This document shows positions 18,279-29,192 of a stretch of DNA of 64,000 bases, one piece after another. The DNA comes from an uncultured Chloroflexia bacterium (GTDB lineage Bacteria; Chloroflexota; Anaerolineae; CG2-30-64-16). The first letter of the stretch is position 1, and each line of letters starts with the position of its first letter. Under the pieces are notes generated by a model. It searched no databases and had not been told where the DNA came from. It worked only from the letters and a program-made list of their open reading frames with translations. The translations under genes and the position numbers were made by a program. Location of the stretch: assembly GCA_963774265.1 (NCBI GenBank), contig CAVZDU010000010.1, positions 192,001 to 256,000 of the forward strand. The letters are read 5' to 3'.

Positions 18279-18756
18279 GCCGCCGCCTCGGGGCATGACC
18301 CGTCGGGGAGGAACTTCCCGACTCCTGTCCGCGGCGCCGCAAGGTGATCGTGGAAAGGCTGCCCCACGAAACAGCAAGTGGGGGCGCCCGATCGGTGACG
18401 GTCGGGTGACTACAACCGCAACAGAAAGCATACCCGCCGCTGGCCGCAGTGCCGCAAGGTGAGGGCTGAAACGGTGGGGTAAGAGCCCACCGGCGGTCGC
18501 AGCAATGCGGCCGGCCAGGCGAGCGTGCAGCCGGGAGCAAGGTGAGTGGGCCGGGCGTATGGGCGAACCCGTAGGGGCGACCCTGCGTGGTCACCCGGAC
18601 GTTTGGTCTCATCGCAGCGGCGCCGGTGAGGGCGGGTCACACCCGCCAGGCCAGGCGCAGCCACGCAGCGCAGCCGCACCCCGGAACGCTGCGTGAGATA
18701 GATGGCGGCAGGACCTACGGGTCGCACAGAATCGGGGGTATGATCCGGCAAGCGTG
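18266..18756 (+). ncRNA. rnpB: RNase P RNA (atypical, ~490 nt)
   Basis: P1 CACTTGCCGG/CCGGCAAGCGTG; GAGGAACTTCCCGACTC and ACAGAATCGGGGGTA (P4); GCAACAGAAAG; TGAAACGGTGGGGTAAGAGCCCACCG; GGAGCAAG. Confidence 0.92.
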
Positions 18757-18773
18757 TCAGCTTTGCTGACCTG

Positions 18774-18855
18774 GCCGACGTGGCGGAATGGCAGACGCTG
18801 CAGACTTAGGATCTGCTGCCCCTAGGTCGTGGGGGTTCAAATCCCCCCGTCGGCA
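18774..18855 (+). tRNA. tRNA-Leu(TAG); contains attL
   Basis: GCCGACG acceptor, GCAGA-CTTAGGA-TCTGC anticodon arm, long variable arm, A73. Confidence 0.95.
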
Positions 18856-18873
18856 TCGATGTCAGACACGAGA

Positions 18874-19197
18874 ACATGAGTCATCCCGATTTTTGGTGAT
18901 GGCGAGAGAGATGGGAGAGACCTCCTGACGTAGACTGTGCTTATCACAGCCAGACTACCGAAGGGGGTCTCTCTTATGTTGCAAGATACAACGAGCGAGG
19001 CTGCAAAGCAAGCTTCAGCGAGCATGTCTTTGGCGTTGGGCGGGCGGCTAGAGGTGTTCTTGGCCCCCCTCCTGACGTACCTGGATGGCCGTCTGGACAA
19101 GCGACTGGTGCGCACCCTGGCGCAGTTGGTGCAGGTCATCATCGAGTTTCATCATGCCAGCTATGCCCTACCGAAAGAAATTCGGGATGACTCATGT
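18874..19197 (+). mobile_element. Internally deleted IS (mini-IS) with 16-bp perfect terminal inverted repeats
   Basis: ACATGAGTCATCCCGA (18874-89) / TCGGGATGACTCATGT (19182-97) enclosing a transposase-like N-terminus (LDKRLVRTL). Confidence 0.8.
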
Positions 19198-19203
19198 CCA
19201 ACT

Positions 19204-20707
19204 TCACTCCGCCAACACCGCCGTAAACGAGAGCGGCGGCAGTTCGAGCGTGAACCGGCCGTCGGCGATGGGGCCGCCGGGAAGCTGTGCCGGCAGGACG
19301 GCGTTCGGCTTCTCCCAGGTGTTTTCGGCCTTCACGCCGGCAGCCGTAAGCCGGTGTACGGCGCTGACCACAGCGGGTGCGCCGTCCTGCCAGATCAGGT
19401 CGGTGACGACCGTATCGGTCTGGCTGCGGTTGACGATGAAGACGGCTTGCTTGCCCGTCTCGGGGTCGTGGCTGGCGGCTACATCGAGCAGCGGCACATC
19501 GCCGTATTGCTTGGTCTCGTACTTCGGCGCGCGCACCAGCACGTCCAGCGAGTTGCCGCGGGCGTTGTTGCTGACCATGGCAAACGGGTAGAACGAGGTA
19601 TGCTTGAGCAGCCCGTCCTTGCGGGTGTGGATGAACGAGATGATGTTGACGATCTGCGCAATGCAGGCGATCTTCAGCACATCGCACTTGCGCAGGAAGA
19701 CGTTGAGCCACTGGGCCACGACCAGCGCGTCTTCCAGGTTGTAGGGCTCCTCGGCCAGGTGCGGCGCTTCCTTCCACTGCCCGTCGTTGGTCGCCTGGGT
19801 ACCACACCTGCCACTCGTCCCACGACAGGTAGACGTCATGCTTGCTGCGGGTCTTGGCCTTCACGTAGCGCAGCGTGCCCGCCATCGTGTCCACGAAGTG
19901 CTCGAAGCGCTTCGCCGTCGCCAGGTAGCTGGGCGTGTCCTTCTCGTCGTGGTTGCTGACGTACATGTGGATGGAGAGATAATCCACCTGCTCCCAGCAG
20001 TGCTCCAGCGCCGACGCGATCCCACTCCGGGAAGGTGGGCATCCGGTCGTTGGAGGAGCCGCAGAGGACGGTCTGGATGGACGGGTCTTGCCAGCGCATC
20101 ATCTTGGCGGCTTCGCGCGCCTTCTTGGCGTAGTCGCGCAGTCGAGGTGGCCGATCTGCCAGGGGCCGTCCATCTCGTTGCCCAGGCACCAGTACTTGAC
20201 GTCGTAGGGATCGGCATGGCCGTTGGCTGCGCGCAGATCGGCATAGTAGGTGCCGACGGGCGCGTTGCAGTATTCCACCAGGTCGGCGGCTGCCTGGATG
20301 GTGCCGGTGCCCAGGTTGACGCCCAGCATGGGCTGCGTGTTCACCTTCTTGGCAGAACCGCATGAACTCGTCGGTGCCGAACTGGTTGGTCTCGATGGAG
20401 AACCAGGCCAGTTCGCGCCGCGGGGGCGCTTTTCCTTGGGGCCGACGCCGTCCAGCCAGTTGTAGCCGCTCAGGAAGTTGCCGCCCGGATAGCGGATGAC
20501 CGTGTGATTCAGCTCGCGCAGGGCGTCCAGCACATCGGTGCGCAGGCCGTCTTCGTCGGCGAAGGGCGAGTCGGGCTCGTAGATGCCCTCGTAGATGCAG
20601 CGGCCCATGTGTTCGGCGAAGCCGCCGAAGATCAGCGGCGAGATCTCGCCGATCGTGCGGTTGGTGTCGAGAAGGAGTTGCGCAGACAGATCAGACATGG
20701 TGTTCAC
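19204..20707 (-). CDS. Alpha-L-arabinofuranosidase GH51 (several frameshifts)
   Basis: [63 protein letters not shown]. Confidence 0.93.
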
Positions 20708-20839
20708 CTCTGACTATGGAGTGAGAAAGGAACGGTCAACACAACGGCATGGGGGATGCTTGTCAGAGGCCACGGGTGTTCCCTGAGGACTGTCTTGAGA
20801 CTTTCCTTCGAATCCCCATCATTAGCCGGGTGAAACTGC

Positions 20840-21859
20840 TTATTTCGGGACCGCTGGGGCAGCCTGCCCACCGTCCTCAGTGTACAGATGGCACTTCACT
20901 GTTTGCCGATTAACCAGCACGTCAGGGGGATCAACCGTGCGGCAAATATCCATCACCTGCGGGCAGCGGCCTGCAAATTTGCATCCCACCCGGCCGTATT
21001 CTTTCACCTCCGTCGTTCCGAGAGAAATATGCCTGGCCCATGCCTCTCTGTCTTTGGGGGCGGGTTCAGGGACTGACTCGATGAGGAGCTTCGTATAGGG
21101 ATGGAAAGGCCGGTTCAGAACATCATCAACTGGTCCGGATTCGACGATATACCCGCGCAGCATGATCCCGATTCGGTCACTGATGTAGTAAGCCGTTGCC
21201 AGGTCATGGGTGATGTAAATGATGCTCACATTCTGTTTGTCCCGAAGCTCACGGAACAGGTTGACGATTTCCATGCGTAACGAGGCATCGACCATCGAGA
21301 CAGGCTCGTCGGCAAGGATCAGTTTAGGCTGGGAGATGAGTGCCCGCGCGACCGAGACACGCTGGGTCTGTCCACCGGAAAGCTCGTGAGGATACCGGTT
21401 GCTCACTTCTTCCAACGATAATCCCACGGCTTGTAACGCTTCATCGACAACCTCGCCGGCAGCCCGGCGGTCAGGCGCCATTCCGAAGTTCAACGCGGTA
21501 TCAAACAGGTAAGCATCCACCTTGCGGAGGGGGCTGAAGGTTTCGAACGGGTTCTGGAAAACCGGTTGGACCTTCTTCATGAACTCCTTGAACTCAGATC
21601 GCTTGCGGATTGTTGACAGATCGCGCCCTTCGAAAAATACTTTACCCCGCGTCGGCTGAAGATCATTCAAGAGCAAGCGAGAGAGGGTGGTCTTGCCGCT
21701 ACCACTTTCACCCGCCAGGGTGAAAATCTCCGGTCGATCCTTTTCCAGCGAGAAGGAAATATCATTGACAGCCACCAGACGGGAACCGCCCATGAGGTCG
21801 CCAATGTGGAATTCGACGGTTACGTGTTGGACATCCAGCAATTTACCGGTTGCGCTCAT
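20840..21859 (-). CDS. Opp/Dpp-family ABC transporter ATP-binding protein
   Basis: [30 protein letters not shown]-terminal Cys motif. Confidence 0.93.
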   Translation of the reverse strand: MSATGKLLDVQHVTVEFHIGDLMGGSRLVAVNDISFSLEKDRPEIFTLAGESGSGKTTLSRLLLNDLQPTRGKVFFEGRDLSTIRKRSEFKEFMKKVQPVFQNPFETFSPLRKVDAYLFDTALNFGMAPDRRAAGEVVDEALQAVGLSLEEVSNRYPHELSGGQTQRVSVARALISQPKLILADEPVSMVDASLRMEIVNLFRELRDKQNVSIIYITHDLATAYYISDRIGIMLRGYIVESGPVDDVLNRPFHPYTKLLIESVPEPAPKDREAWARHISLGTTEVKEYGRVGCKFAGRCPQVMDICRTVDPPDVLVNRQTVKCHLYTEDGGQAAPAVPK

Positions 21860-22849
21860 AGAGAGCTGTCCTTCATCAGGTGGCAGGCCACGCGATGACG
21901 TACTTTGACCGGGACCAAATCGGGTACTTCGGTCCGGCAGACCTCCATCACATAGGGGCACCGTGTGTGGAACCGGCAGCCGCTCGGAGGGTTGGCAAGG
22001 TTTGGCGGTGTGCCCTTAAGACTGGCTTTGTTCGATCTTTCACCGATCATCGGCAGCGAGCGGATCAGGTGCTGGGTGTAGGGATGGAGCGGTGCATTGA
22101 AAATACTCTCGGTTGGCGCCTCCTCAGCAATGCGGCCTGCGTACATGATCATCACCCGGTCGGCAACGTTGGCATGCACAGCCATATCATGGGTCACCAG
22201 GAGCACCGTATTGCTGCTCATCGACTGGATATCCTTAAGCATCTGCAGGACTCCACGCTGAACAACCACATCCAGCGCTGTGGTGGGCTCGTCAGCCAAA
22301 ATCAACCTGGGTTGGAACACAGTCGCCAGGGCAATAGCCACCCGCTGTCTCATGCCGCCCGAAAGCTGGTGCGGGTAGGAGTTGAGGATTTCGGTCGGGA
22401 GTCCCAGACGGTTGACGTGAGCGGTTGCCTCTTCCAGGAATTTCTTCTTATCGGTGATTGGTTCGTGCGTATCAACGACATCCTCGAAGGTTTTGATGAT
22501 CTTGCGCACCGGATTGAGAACGCTCATTGACCCCTGCATCACGTACGAAATTTCCTTCCAGCGCACGTTGCGCCGCAACTCGTCTTTAGAAACGTGCAGC
22601 ATGTCAACGGCATAGGATTCAAACTGGTAGTCGACGCTTCCCGAATTGACTTTCAGGGGAGGTTTGATATTACCCGAGATCACCTTGATCAGGGTTGTCT
22701 TTGCCACAGCTCGACTCGCCAGCCACGCCGTAAATCTCATTCGGGTACAGCTCAAAAGAGACTCCGTCAACTGCCCGCACGGTCCGGGAGATACCGTACA
22801 GTTCAGTCTGATAATACGCACAGAGGTTTTTTACACTTAGTAGTGCCAT
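21856..22849 (-). CDS. Opp/Dpp-family ABC transporter ATP-binding protein (Walker A region disrupted by indels)
   Basis: [29 protein letters not shown]. Confidence 0.88.
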
Positions 22850-22852
22850 AGT

Positions 22853-23710
22853 TCATCCACCCATCAAGCGCAAACGCGTCCGCGGGTCAATGTAATCATT
22901 GATGCTTGTGAAGAGCAGATACAGACCGAGGCACAGAATGATAGCCATCAATGTCGGCGCCGCGATCCACCACCAGACTCCTGCCACCAGTGCCCCGTGC
23001 TGATTAGCCCAGAAGAGTGCGGTTCCGAGGGAAGGGGTGGTCAGATCCGAAAGCCCAAGAATGCTTAATGTGACCTCAAAGCCAATCGCCCACAGGATGT
23101 TGTTAATGGTGGTGGCGAGCACAATCGGCATCACGAAGGGAAGATGTTCTCGGATCGTGATCCAAAATGAACTGGTTCCGGAGTAGATGGCGGTGCGAGT
23201 AAACGAGCGCTCCCTCAAGCTCAATACCTGGGAACGAATCAGGCGGGCATCATATGGCCAGCCAAACAATCCCAGGATAAACCCCAGTAAGAACTGGTTC
23301 ATGATGTCACGCAGCAAGAAACCCAGCAGGATCAGAATGGGGAGCAGGGGTATCACCACGAAGGTGTCATTGACCGACATCAGAAACCTGTCAAGCCATC
23401 CGCCCTGGTAACCGGCGGCGAGACCGACCAGGATGGCGATCACGCGCGAGACCGACGCCGCGATCACCCCCAACAAAAACGAATTTCTCAAGGCATAGGT
23501 CATCCACCAGAAGATATCCTGCCCCCGGGAGTCGGTGCCGAAGATGTGCTCAAGCGATGGGGGCTGATCCATTGCCACGACAAACGACTTGTTTGGATTA
23601 TACGGGGAGAAAAAGGACAGGATAATCATCACTGCCACCGCTGCCAGGAAAATAAAGGCAATCCGGAAGCGGCTGTCGTATTTGAGCAGATCGCGTATCA
23701 CTTTGAGCAT
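22853..23710 (-). CDS. ABC transporter permease (OppC-like)
   Basis: MLKVIRDL...[16 protein letters not shown]...[13 protein letters not shown]. Confidence 0.9.
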   Translation of the reverse strand: MLKVIRDLLKYDSRFRIAFIFLAAVAVMIILSFFSPYNPNKSFVVAMDQPPSLEHIFGTDSRGQDIFWWMTYALRNSFLLGVIAASVSRVIAILVGLAAGYQGGWLDRFLMSVNDTFVVIPLLPILILLGFLLRDIMNQFLLGFILGLFGWPYDARLIRSQVLSLRERSFTRTAIYSGTSSFWITIREHLPFVMPIVLATTINNILWAIGFEVTLSILGLSDLTTPSLGTALFWANQHGALVAGVWWWIAAPTLMAIILCLGLYLLFTSINDYIDPRTRLRLMGG

Positions 23711-23721
23711 AAGCTGTCCTC

Positions 23722-24733
23722 TTACTGGTATCGCACTCGTGGATCGAACAGCGGGTAAATTAAATCCATGATAAAAATGGCCACAGCTACACCGACGATC
23801 GAGTAAATGGCGATACCCATGATCATGGAATAATCGTTCCTGAGGACTGCCGCCATGGTCAGCATGCCAAGCCCCGGGAAACCAAAGACAACCTCCATGA
23901 TGAGGGCGCCGCTGAAGACCGTCCCAAGCGACATGGCCAGCCCGGTGAGCTGTGGCAGCAGGCCGTTGCGCATGATATATTGCGTGAGAATCTTGCTTTC
24001 CTTCATACCAGTGGTTTCGGCATAGACCACATAATCCTCTGAGATGATATTGGACGTAAGGGATTTCATACCGATAAACCAGCCACCAAACCCGATCAGC
24101 ACCAGGGTAGTTGCCGGGAGTATGGAATGCTGCAGGTAGATCAAGGCGAAGCTCAAGTGTCCAGCTAGGATGAGTCCCGACCGGATAAGCCCCGCTGAAG
24201 GGCAAGATCGGAATGAAGAAAGCAAACACCACCAGCAGGACCATGGCCACAATGTAGTATGGAATAGGCCGGACCGCTTGGCTCGATATTTCGATCACGC
24301 CCAAGGCTTTGTTTTTAGGATAGTAGCTGGACAGGGCGCCGAACAGGTTGCCAAAAACCCACGAAATGAGCACCGCAGTGATCAACAGGCTGAGCGTATA
24401 CGGCATCGCCTGGCCAATCATCTGGGACACCGGAGTCGGGAAATTGGCGAGCGAAGGGCCGAGGTCACCCCGGAGCAAGCGACTCCAAAACGCGAAATAC
24501 TGCTGGACCGGACCGCCAGACAGGCCGTACAGATCTGTCAGAGCGGCGCGCATTGAGGCGATGGATTGGGGATCGAGGGATTCACCCCTCGCCATCATCA
24601 TCGATATCTGCGCTTCTACCGGATCCGTGGGAGAGAGCCGGGGAATGACGAAGGTGACCGTGATCCCAATAAAAATGATCGTTAAGAACTGAAGGAAGCG
24701 CGGAATTAGATAACGGAGTATGAACTTCCGCAT
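23722..24733 (-). CDS. ABC transporter permease (OppB-like; frameshift ~24150)
   Basis: [47 protein letters not shown]. Confidence 0.9.
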
Positions 24734-24889
24734 TTGGACTACCTCCAACATGAAACCCCCCCACAGTGGCTGCCGTTTCGGTATCCACCGTGGAGGGGGT
24801 TGATGTTGCTACTGCTTTCTTATCTCGATCATCGCGTTCAACTCATTGGCACCAGCCCAATGAGCAACGCAACCTGTGCAGCGGCGAGG

Positions 24890-26867
24890 TTATGCCTTCT
24901 TCGGTTTGATCTTGACGTACATGTACTTGGTGTTACCCCAGTTCGGCACTGGATCCGTGTAGGGATCATCCACAGATGGATACCCGGTGAAGTAGGTGGT
25001 GTCCATGGTCGTGAAGACGTTGTACGCCATGATGCGGGGTAATCGGCATCTCCTGCGCGGCGAGCTTGCAGTACTGCAGCCCCAGCTCGACGCCCTTGGG
25101 ATCGTCGAAGGAGATCTTCTGGATGCTTTCGATGATCTGGTCGAGCTCGGGGTTCTTCCAGCGCATGCTGTTGGTGCCGGCAGCGGGTTGGCCGCTCGGT
25201 ACGTAGAACTTTGAGTGCCAGGACTGGAGGAAGAAGAACAGGTCGGGGTCGCCACCCCAGGTCTCGATCGTCCAGGCAAAGCTGGCGCTGTATTCGCCGC
25301 TGCTCATGATGGGCCAGAGATTGGCCTGCGCGTCGAGGGTGGCGTCGATGCCGAAAGCCTTCCAGTTCTCGACGACCGCGGCGGCAGCCCGGTTCATGGT
25401 CGGGTTGCTTTCGCCCAGGCCCATCAGCGGCACCTTGAAGGCGGAGCCGTCTGGGAGCTGCCATTTACCGTCGCCGCCTTTCTTCATGCCGGCATCCAGC
25501 ATCAGCTGTTCGGCCGCTTTGAGATCGTTTTTCCACCAGCCGGCTCCAATGTATTTCTTGATGGTGTCGGCATCGGTTGGAACCAGGTCGCCCAGGCTCT
25601 GACGGGCTAGATCGGCAATCCGTTGGGCGGCGGTTGGATCGTAGGGCTTGTAGTCTTGCCCGCCAACCTTGATGGAGAAGTCATTCAACCAGGGTTCCAG
25701 CGGCGTGTGATAGTACTTGGGGTACATCCCGGTCGGCGGGACGTGGATGGCGGAGATGGTTGCCGCGCCTTTGTAGGAGGCCAGGGCCACCTGGGCGATA
25801 TCAATCGCCAGGGTCAGCGCCCAGCGGACTTCCTTCTTGTCCAGGCCGGGTTTTTCGTTGTTGTAGATGACCGCCGGCAGGGTGGGATCCGGATGCGCCC
25901 AGGGGAACGATTTGAACCAGCCGACCGAGGTTGGGTTGTTCTTGGCCAGGGTGATGCGGCCTTCGGGGGTGCAGTCGTGGATCACATCCAGCTGGTGCGC
26001 CGTTTGGGCGATAACGCGCTTATCGCTTGGGCCGGGGTCGATGTACATGGCGTACTTGACACCCACGTCGCCCAGCAGGGCGACCGAGGTCCGCTTCCAG
26101 TCTTCGCGGCGCTGCCACAGGTACCATTTGCCGTTTGGATCAAAGTCCTTGAGCGTGTAGGCACCCAGGCTGACCGGCGGGTTGAACTTGAACGCCACCG
26201 GGTCTCTCTCCTTTTCAAAAATGTGCTTGGGCATCATGTAGGTGGCGCCCCAGCGCACGGTGAAGGCCGAGTGGAAGCGCGAGTTGGGGGCCTTCAGGTG
26301 GAAGATGACCGTGTATTTGTCGGGCTGTTCCAGCTTGTCAATATTGCCATTGAACAGGCCATTATTGGACAGCCCTTTGTTCTTCATAGCGACGTCGACT
26401 GTGTAGTACAAGTCATCCGCCGTGAACTCCACGCCATCGCTCCAGTAGAGACCCTGGCGGAGTTTGACGGTCATCTGGGTGTAGTCGGCATTGTAGATCG
26501 GCTTCTCGGCTGCCAGGGCATTATCCCATACGCCCTTGACGCCCGCATCCGGGTCGATGTACCACAGCGCATCCAGGGCCAGTTGCTGGAGGCCACATAC
26601 CCAGCTGCCGCTGTAGCCGCTCCGCCAGCGGTTGAAGTCATCTGCCGGTTGCACAGTCCCTGATGGGTTCTCCAGGATTAGGCACTCATCTCTGGGCACA
26701 CCCGGCTGGATTTCCTCTACGGCGGCGGCTGGCTGAGCAGCCGGTGCCTTGGTCGCTTCACCGCTTGGTGCCGGCGCTTGAGGGGTAGTCGGACCTACGC
26801 ACGCCGTCACGGCGCTGGCCGCAGCGAGTGCGGCAGCTTGCTTCAGGAACGCGCGTCTCGAGATCAT
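24890..26867 (-). CDS. Family 5 ABC substrate-binding lipoprotein, Tat-type signal (frameshift ~25040)
   Basis: MISRRAFLK twin-arginine signal, TAC lipobox, WSDGVEFTADD motif. Confidence 0.9.
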
Positions 26868-27359
26868 CGTGTGTTTTTTCACTTCTTCCTCCAGTTTCGG
26901 CATTGAAGAGAGAGAAATGGAATCCAACTTACCAATGATATCCTAGCACCGCCGATGTACGATTGTCAAATTGCCTGACGACTGGCGCAATGCGTAATGG
27001 CCCGCTGTCGATCCGCAATCAGGGCGGAACCGGATGTTTGGGATCCTCCTTGCCACGCCAAATGCGCTTGCGGCCGGCCGTCGAGCCCTGCACTGCGCAA
27101 TGGGGCGCCACAGCCTTCATTCCCAGGCACCGGCTGCTTCCAGCAAACAGCTTGGCCGATTTCGAGTGCTGCGAGCTTGCCCACCGGTATGCTGGTGCTG
27201 ATGGGGACCGCGTCTCGGCGGTCAGCCACGCGGCTGATCCCTGGTTTGCAGGTATCGTCTGGATGGATATAATGGTGGGCGACAGATTCAGCGCGCAAGC
27301 GGCGCGCAGCGGGGAAGTCTGTGGGACATAATCAGCCTTTTTGTCGATATCGGGTCGTA

Positions 27360-27414
27360 CAGACTTAGGATCTGCTGCCCCCTGGGCGTGGGGGTTCAAA
27401 TCCCCCCGTCGGCA
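27360..27414 (+). repeat. attR: displaced 3' part of tRNA-Leu
   Basis: CAGACTTAGGATCTGCTGCCCC...GGGGGTTCAAATCCCCCCGTCGGCA, lacking the 5' acceptor and D arm. Confidence 0.9.
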
Positions 27415-27427
27415 CTTTTAGTTTCTT

Positions 27428-27499
27428 GGGCCCGTGGCCTAGCGGGAAGGCGTCTCCCTTGCACGGAGAAGATCGCCGGTTCGAATCCGGCCGGGTCCA
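27428..27499 (+). tRNA. tRNA-Ala(TGC)
   Basis: GGGCCCG/CGGGTCC with G3:U70, anticodon loop CTTGCAC. Confidence 0.95.
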
Positions 27500-27511
27500 C
27501 TGCGCATCCAC

Positions 27512-28339
27512 CTACCGCCGATACCACTGTCCCATCGCTGTTAGCTCCGTGCTTGTCGGTCCGGCAAACAGCGACGGATTGGTCCCCGGGTCGGTATGCG
27601 GCCAGTACGGCTCTCCGCCCCGAATGTAGGACGTCCACGGGGCGTACCGCTTCACCAACGGTTCAGCCTCCATCCAGGCGACGAACTCGCGCGCCTGCGC
27701 CTCCGCATTGGGCGCCCACTTCGGCAAATAAGAGAATTCGGTCACCCAGATTTGGCTCACCCCCCACGCTCGCGCCCATCCTGCATACTTCTGCCCCAAG
27801 GCGATACACCCGCCTGGTTCCGGGATGTAGCAGTGCATCGCCAGGCCGTCCAACCTGGGCCATCGCCCATACGCGGCCCTGTACGCCTCCCGGAAGCGCA
27901 CTAACCATTCCGGGTTTTGATGGCTTGGCTGTGGGGATACCAACAACTTATCGGGGAACGCAAGCTCGATCTTGCGCCAGACCTGTGCGCCCTCCTCTGG
28001 CGTCAGGTTTGACCCCCCGCTCATATCGGGTTCGTTCATCCCCAACAGGTACGCCGAGTTGCCGCCGACCTTCTGGGGCACATCCCTGCCAAATATCATC
28101 GGCACCGCTTCGACGCCCCAGGCGCTCTCAGGCGACGAGCCAAAGTTGTGATACCAACTGCCGCCCAATGCCTTGACTTGTGCTGGTGTTGCACCGGCGA
28201 TCCCCAGCTTCTGAGGGGCGGGGGCGCTGGCTCTCTCCAACAAAGGCACCCATACCTTTCCCGGTCCCCCGGCTGTAACGCTGTTGAGGACTAGCGCCAG
28301 CATGACGGCCAGCCAACTTAACCATCCACTCGCTATCAT
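27512..28339 (-). CDS. Secreted clan GH-A glycoside hydrolase (GH128/Glyco_hydro_cc-like)
   Basis: Signal peptide; WYHNF, VPMIFG, LLGMNEPD, AMHCY, IWVTEF. Confidence 0.8.
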   Translation of the reverse strand: MIASGWLSWLAVMLALVLNSVTAGGPGKVWVPLLERASAPAPQKLGIAGATPAQVKALGGSWYHNFGSSPESAWGVEAVPMIFGRDVPQKVGGNSAYLLGMNEPDMSGGSNLTPEEGAQVWRKIELAFPDKLLVSPQPSHQNPEWLVRFREAYRAAYGRWPRLDGLAMHCYIPEPGGCIALGQKYAGWARAWGVSQIWVTEFSYLPKWAPNAEAQAREFVAWMEAEPLVKRYAPWTSYIRGGEPYWPHTDPGTNPSLFAGPTSTELTAMGQWYRR

Positions 28340-28803
28340 TGGTTCTTCTTTGCCTCCGTTCTCGGAAGCCGTCAGGCTTCCATTTTCAGCACCACATTAC
28401 ACAACGTACAAGGTTGCGGATAATTACGCTAACTTCCACTGTTCGTGGTGACGTAATACACAAATTGTATGGAGCCACCTGAGATGAGAACGTCGAGCGT
28501 GGCGCGTCTGAGCAGGGGATTTGATCCTCGATCTCCTCCGCCGAAAGCACAAGCCGGTGGAGAACCTGTTTTGGATCGAGTGCATCCTGCGGCGGATGGT
28601 GAAATCCGTCGCCAGAAGGTCTTTACTATAAGGGTTTTCTGTGCGATAATCGATGGCGAGGGGATGGACTATGGCGACACGCACGGTTCGCGTCGTAGTC
28701 TCATCGCAGCCAAGGCTCATTCGTCAAGGACATCGACAACAGGTACAAGCGCTGGTTGCCCGTGAGGGATGCGTCGTGCCGGTTTTCGGGTTGCCCCGTA
28801 CTT

Positions 28804-28840
28804 ACCCCGGAAGGCTTCCAGGACCTTCCGGGGTTTTCTG
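28804..28840 (+). terminator. Leader terminator upstream of a truncated membrane protein gene
   Basis: ACCCCGGAAGG-n9-CCTTCCGGGGT followed by TTT. Confidence 0.7.
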
Positions 28841-28885
28841 TTTCCCCAAGCGCCGTTGCGTTTCAAGCGCAGCAAAGGAGACAAC

Positions 28886-29041
28886 GTGAAAACGGTTATC
28901 AACTGGAAAGTCTATGTCATCCTGGTCGCGGCCGCGATCGTCGCCAGTTACACCGTGATCCCCTACTCAATGGAGGCGCAATCAATCAGGGGAGTGAACA
29001 GGGAGGTGATGGTGAGGCCTGGTAAGCTAAGGGTCCAGTGA
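28886..29041 (+). pseudogene. N-terminal remnant of a membrane protein (CPBP/Abi-like)
   Basis: AAAGGAG RBS, GTG; KTVINWKVYVILVAAAIVASYTVIPYS, then abrupt loss of similarity. Confidence 0.45.
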
Positions 29042-29192
29042 GAGATGCCTGGCTGAACTGGCTCTCCATATCCTAAAGGAGGTGATGCTTATGCCAGATG
29101 GCGGCTAACCCCGCAGCTTGCAGCCGGAGCGGGGTCGGCCGACCCGTTTCTCGACCGGTCAGGCTGGCGATTGAAGAGAAAGGAGTCAGATC

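Larger units (their letters stand above)
18801..27414. mobile_element. Integrase-less island at tRNA-Leu carrying an arabinoside utilisation cluster
   Basis: 55-bp direct repeat of the tRNA-Leu 3' part at 18801-18855 and 27360-27414 (3 mismatches). Confidence 0.85.

Noticed and set aside
22853-24751. 632-aa 'fused' permease ORF
   Set aside because: Artefact of a frameshift bridging two normal permease genes; the second has its own RBS and ATG at 23710.
26963-27399. Overlapping 90-126 aa ORFs near attR as an integrase remnant
   Set aside because: No recognisable tyrosine or serine recombinase motifs or RBS in any frame.
27360-27414. Second tRNA-Leu gene
   Set aside because: Lacks the 5' acceptor strand and D-arm; it is attR.
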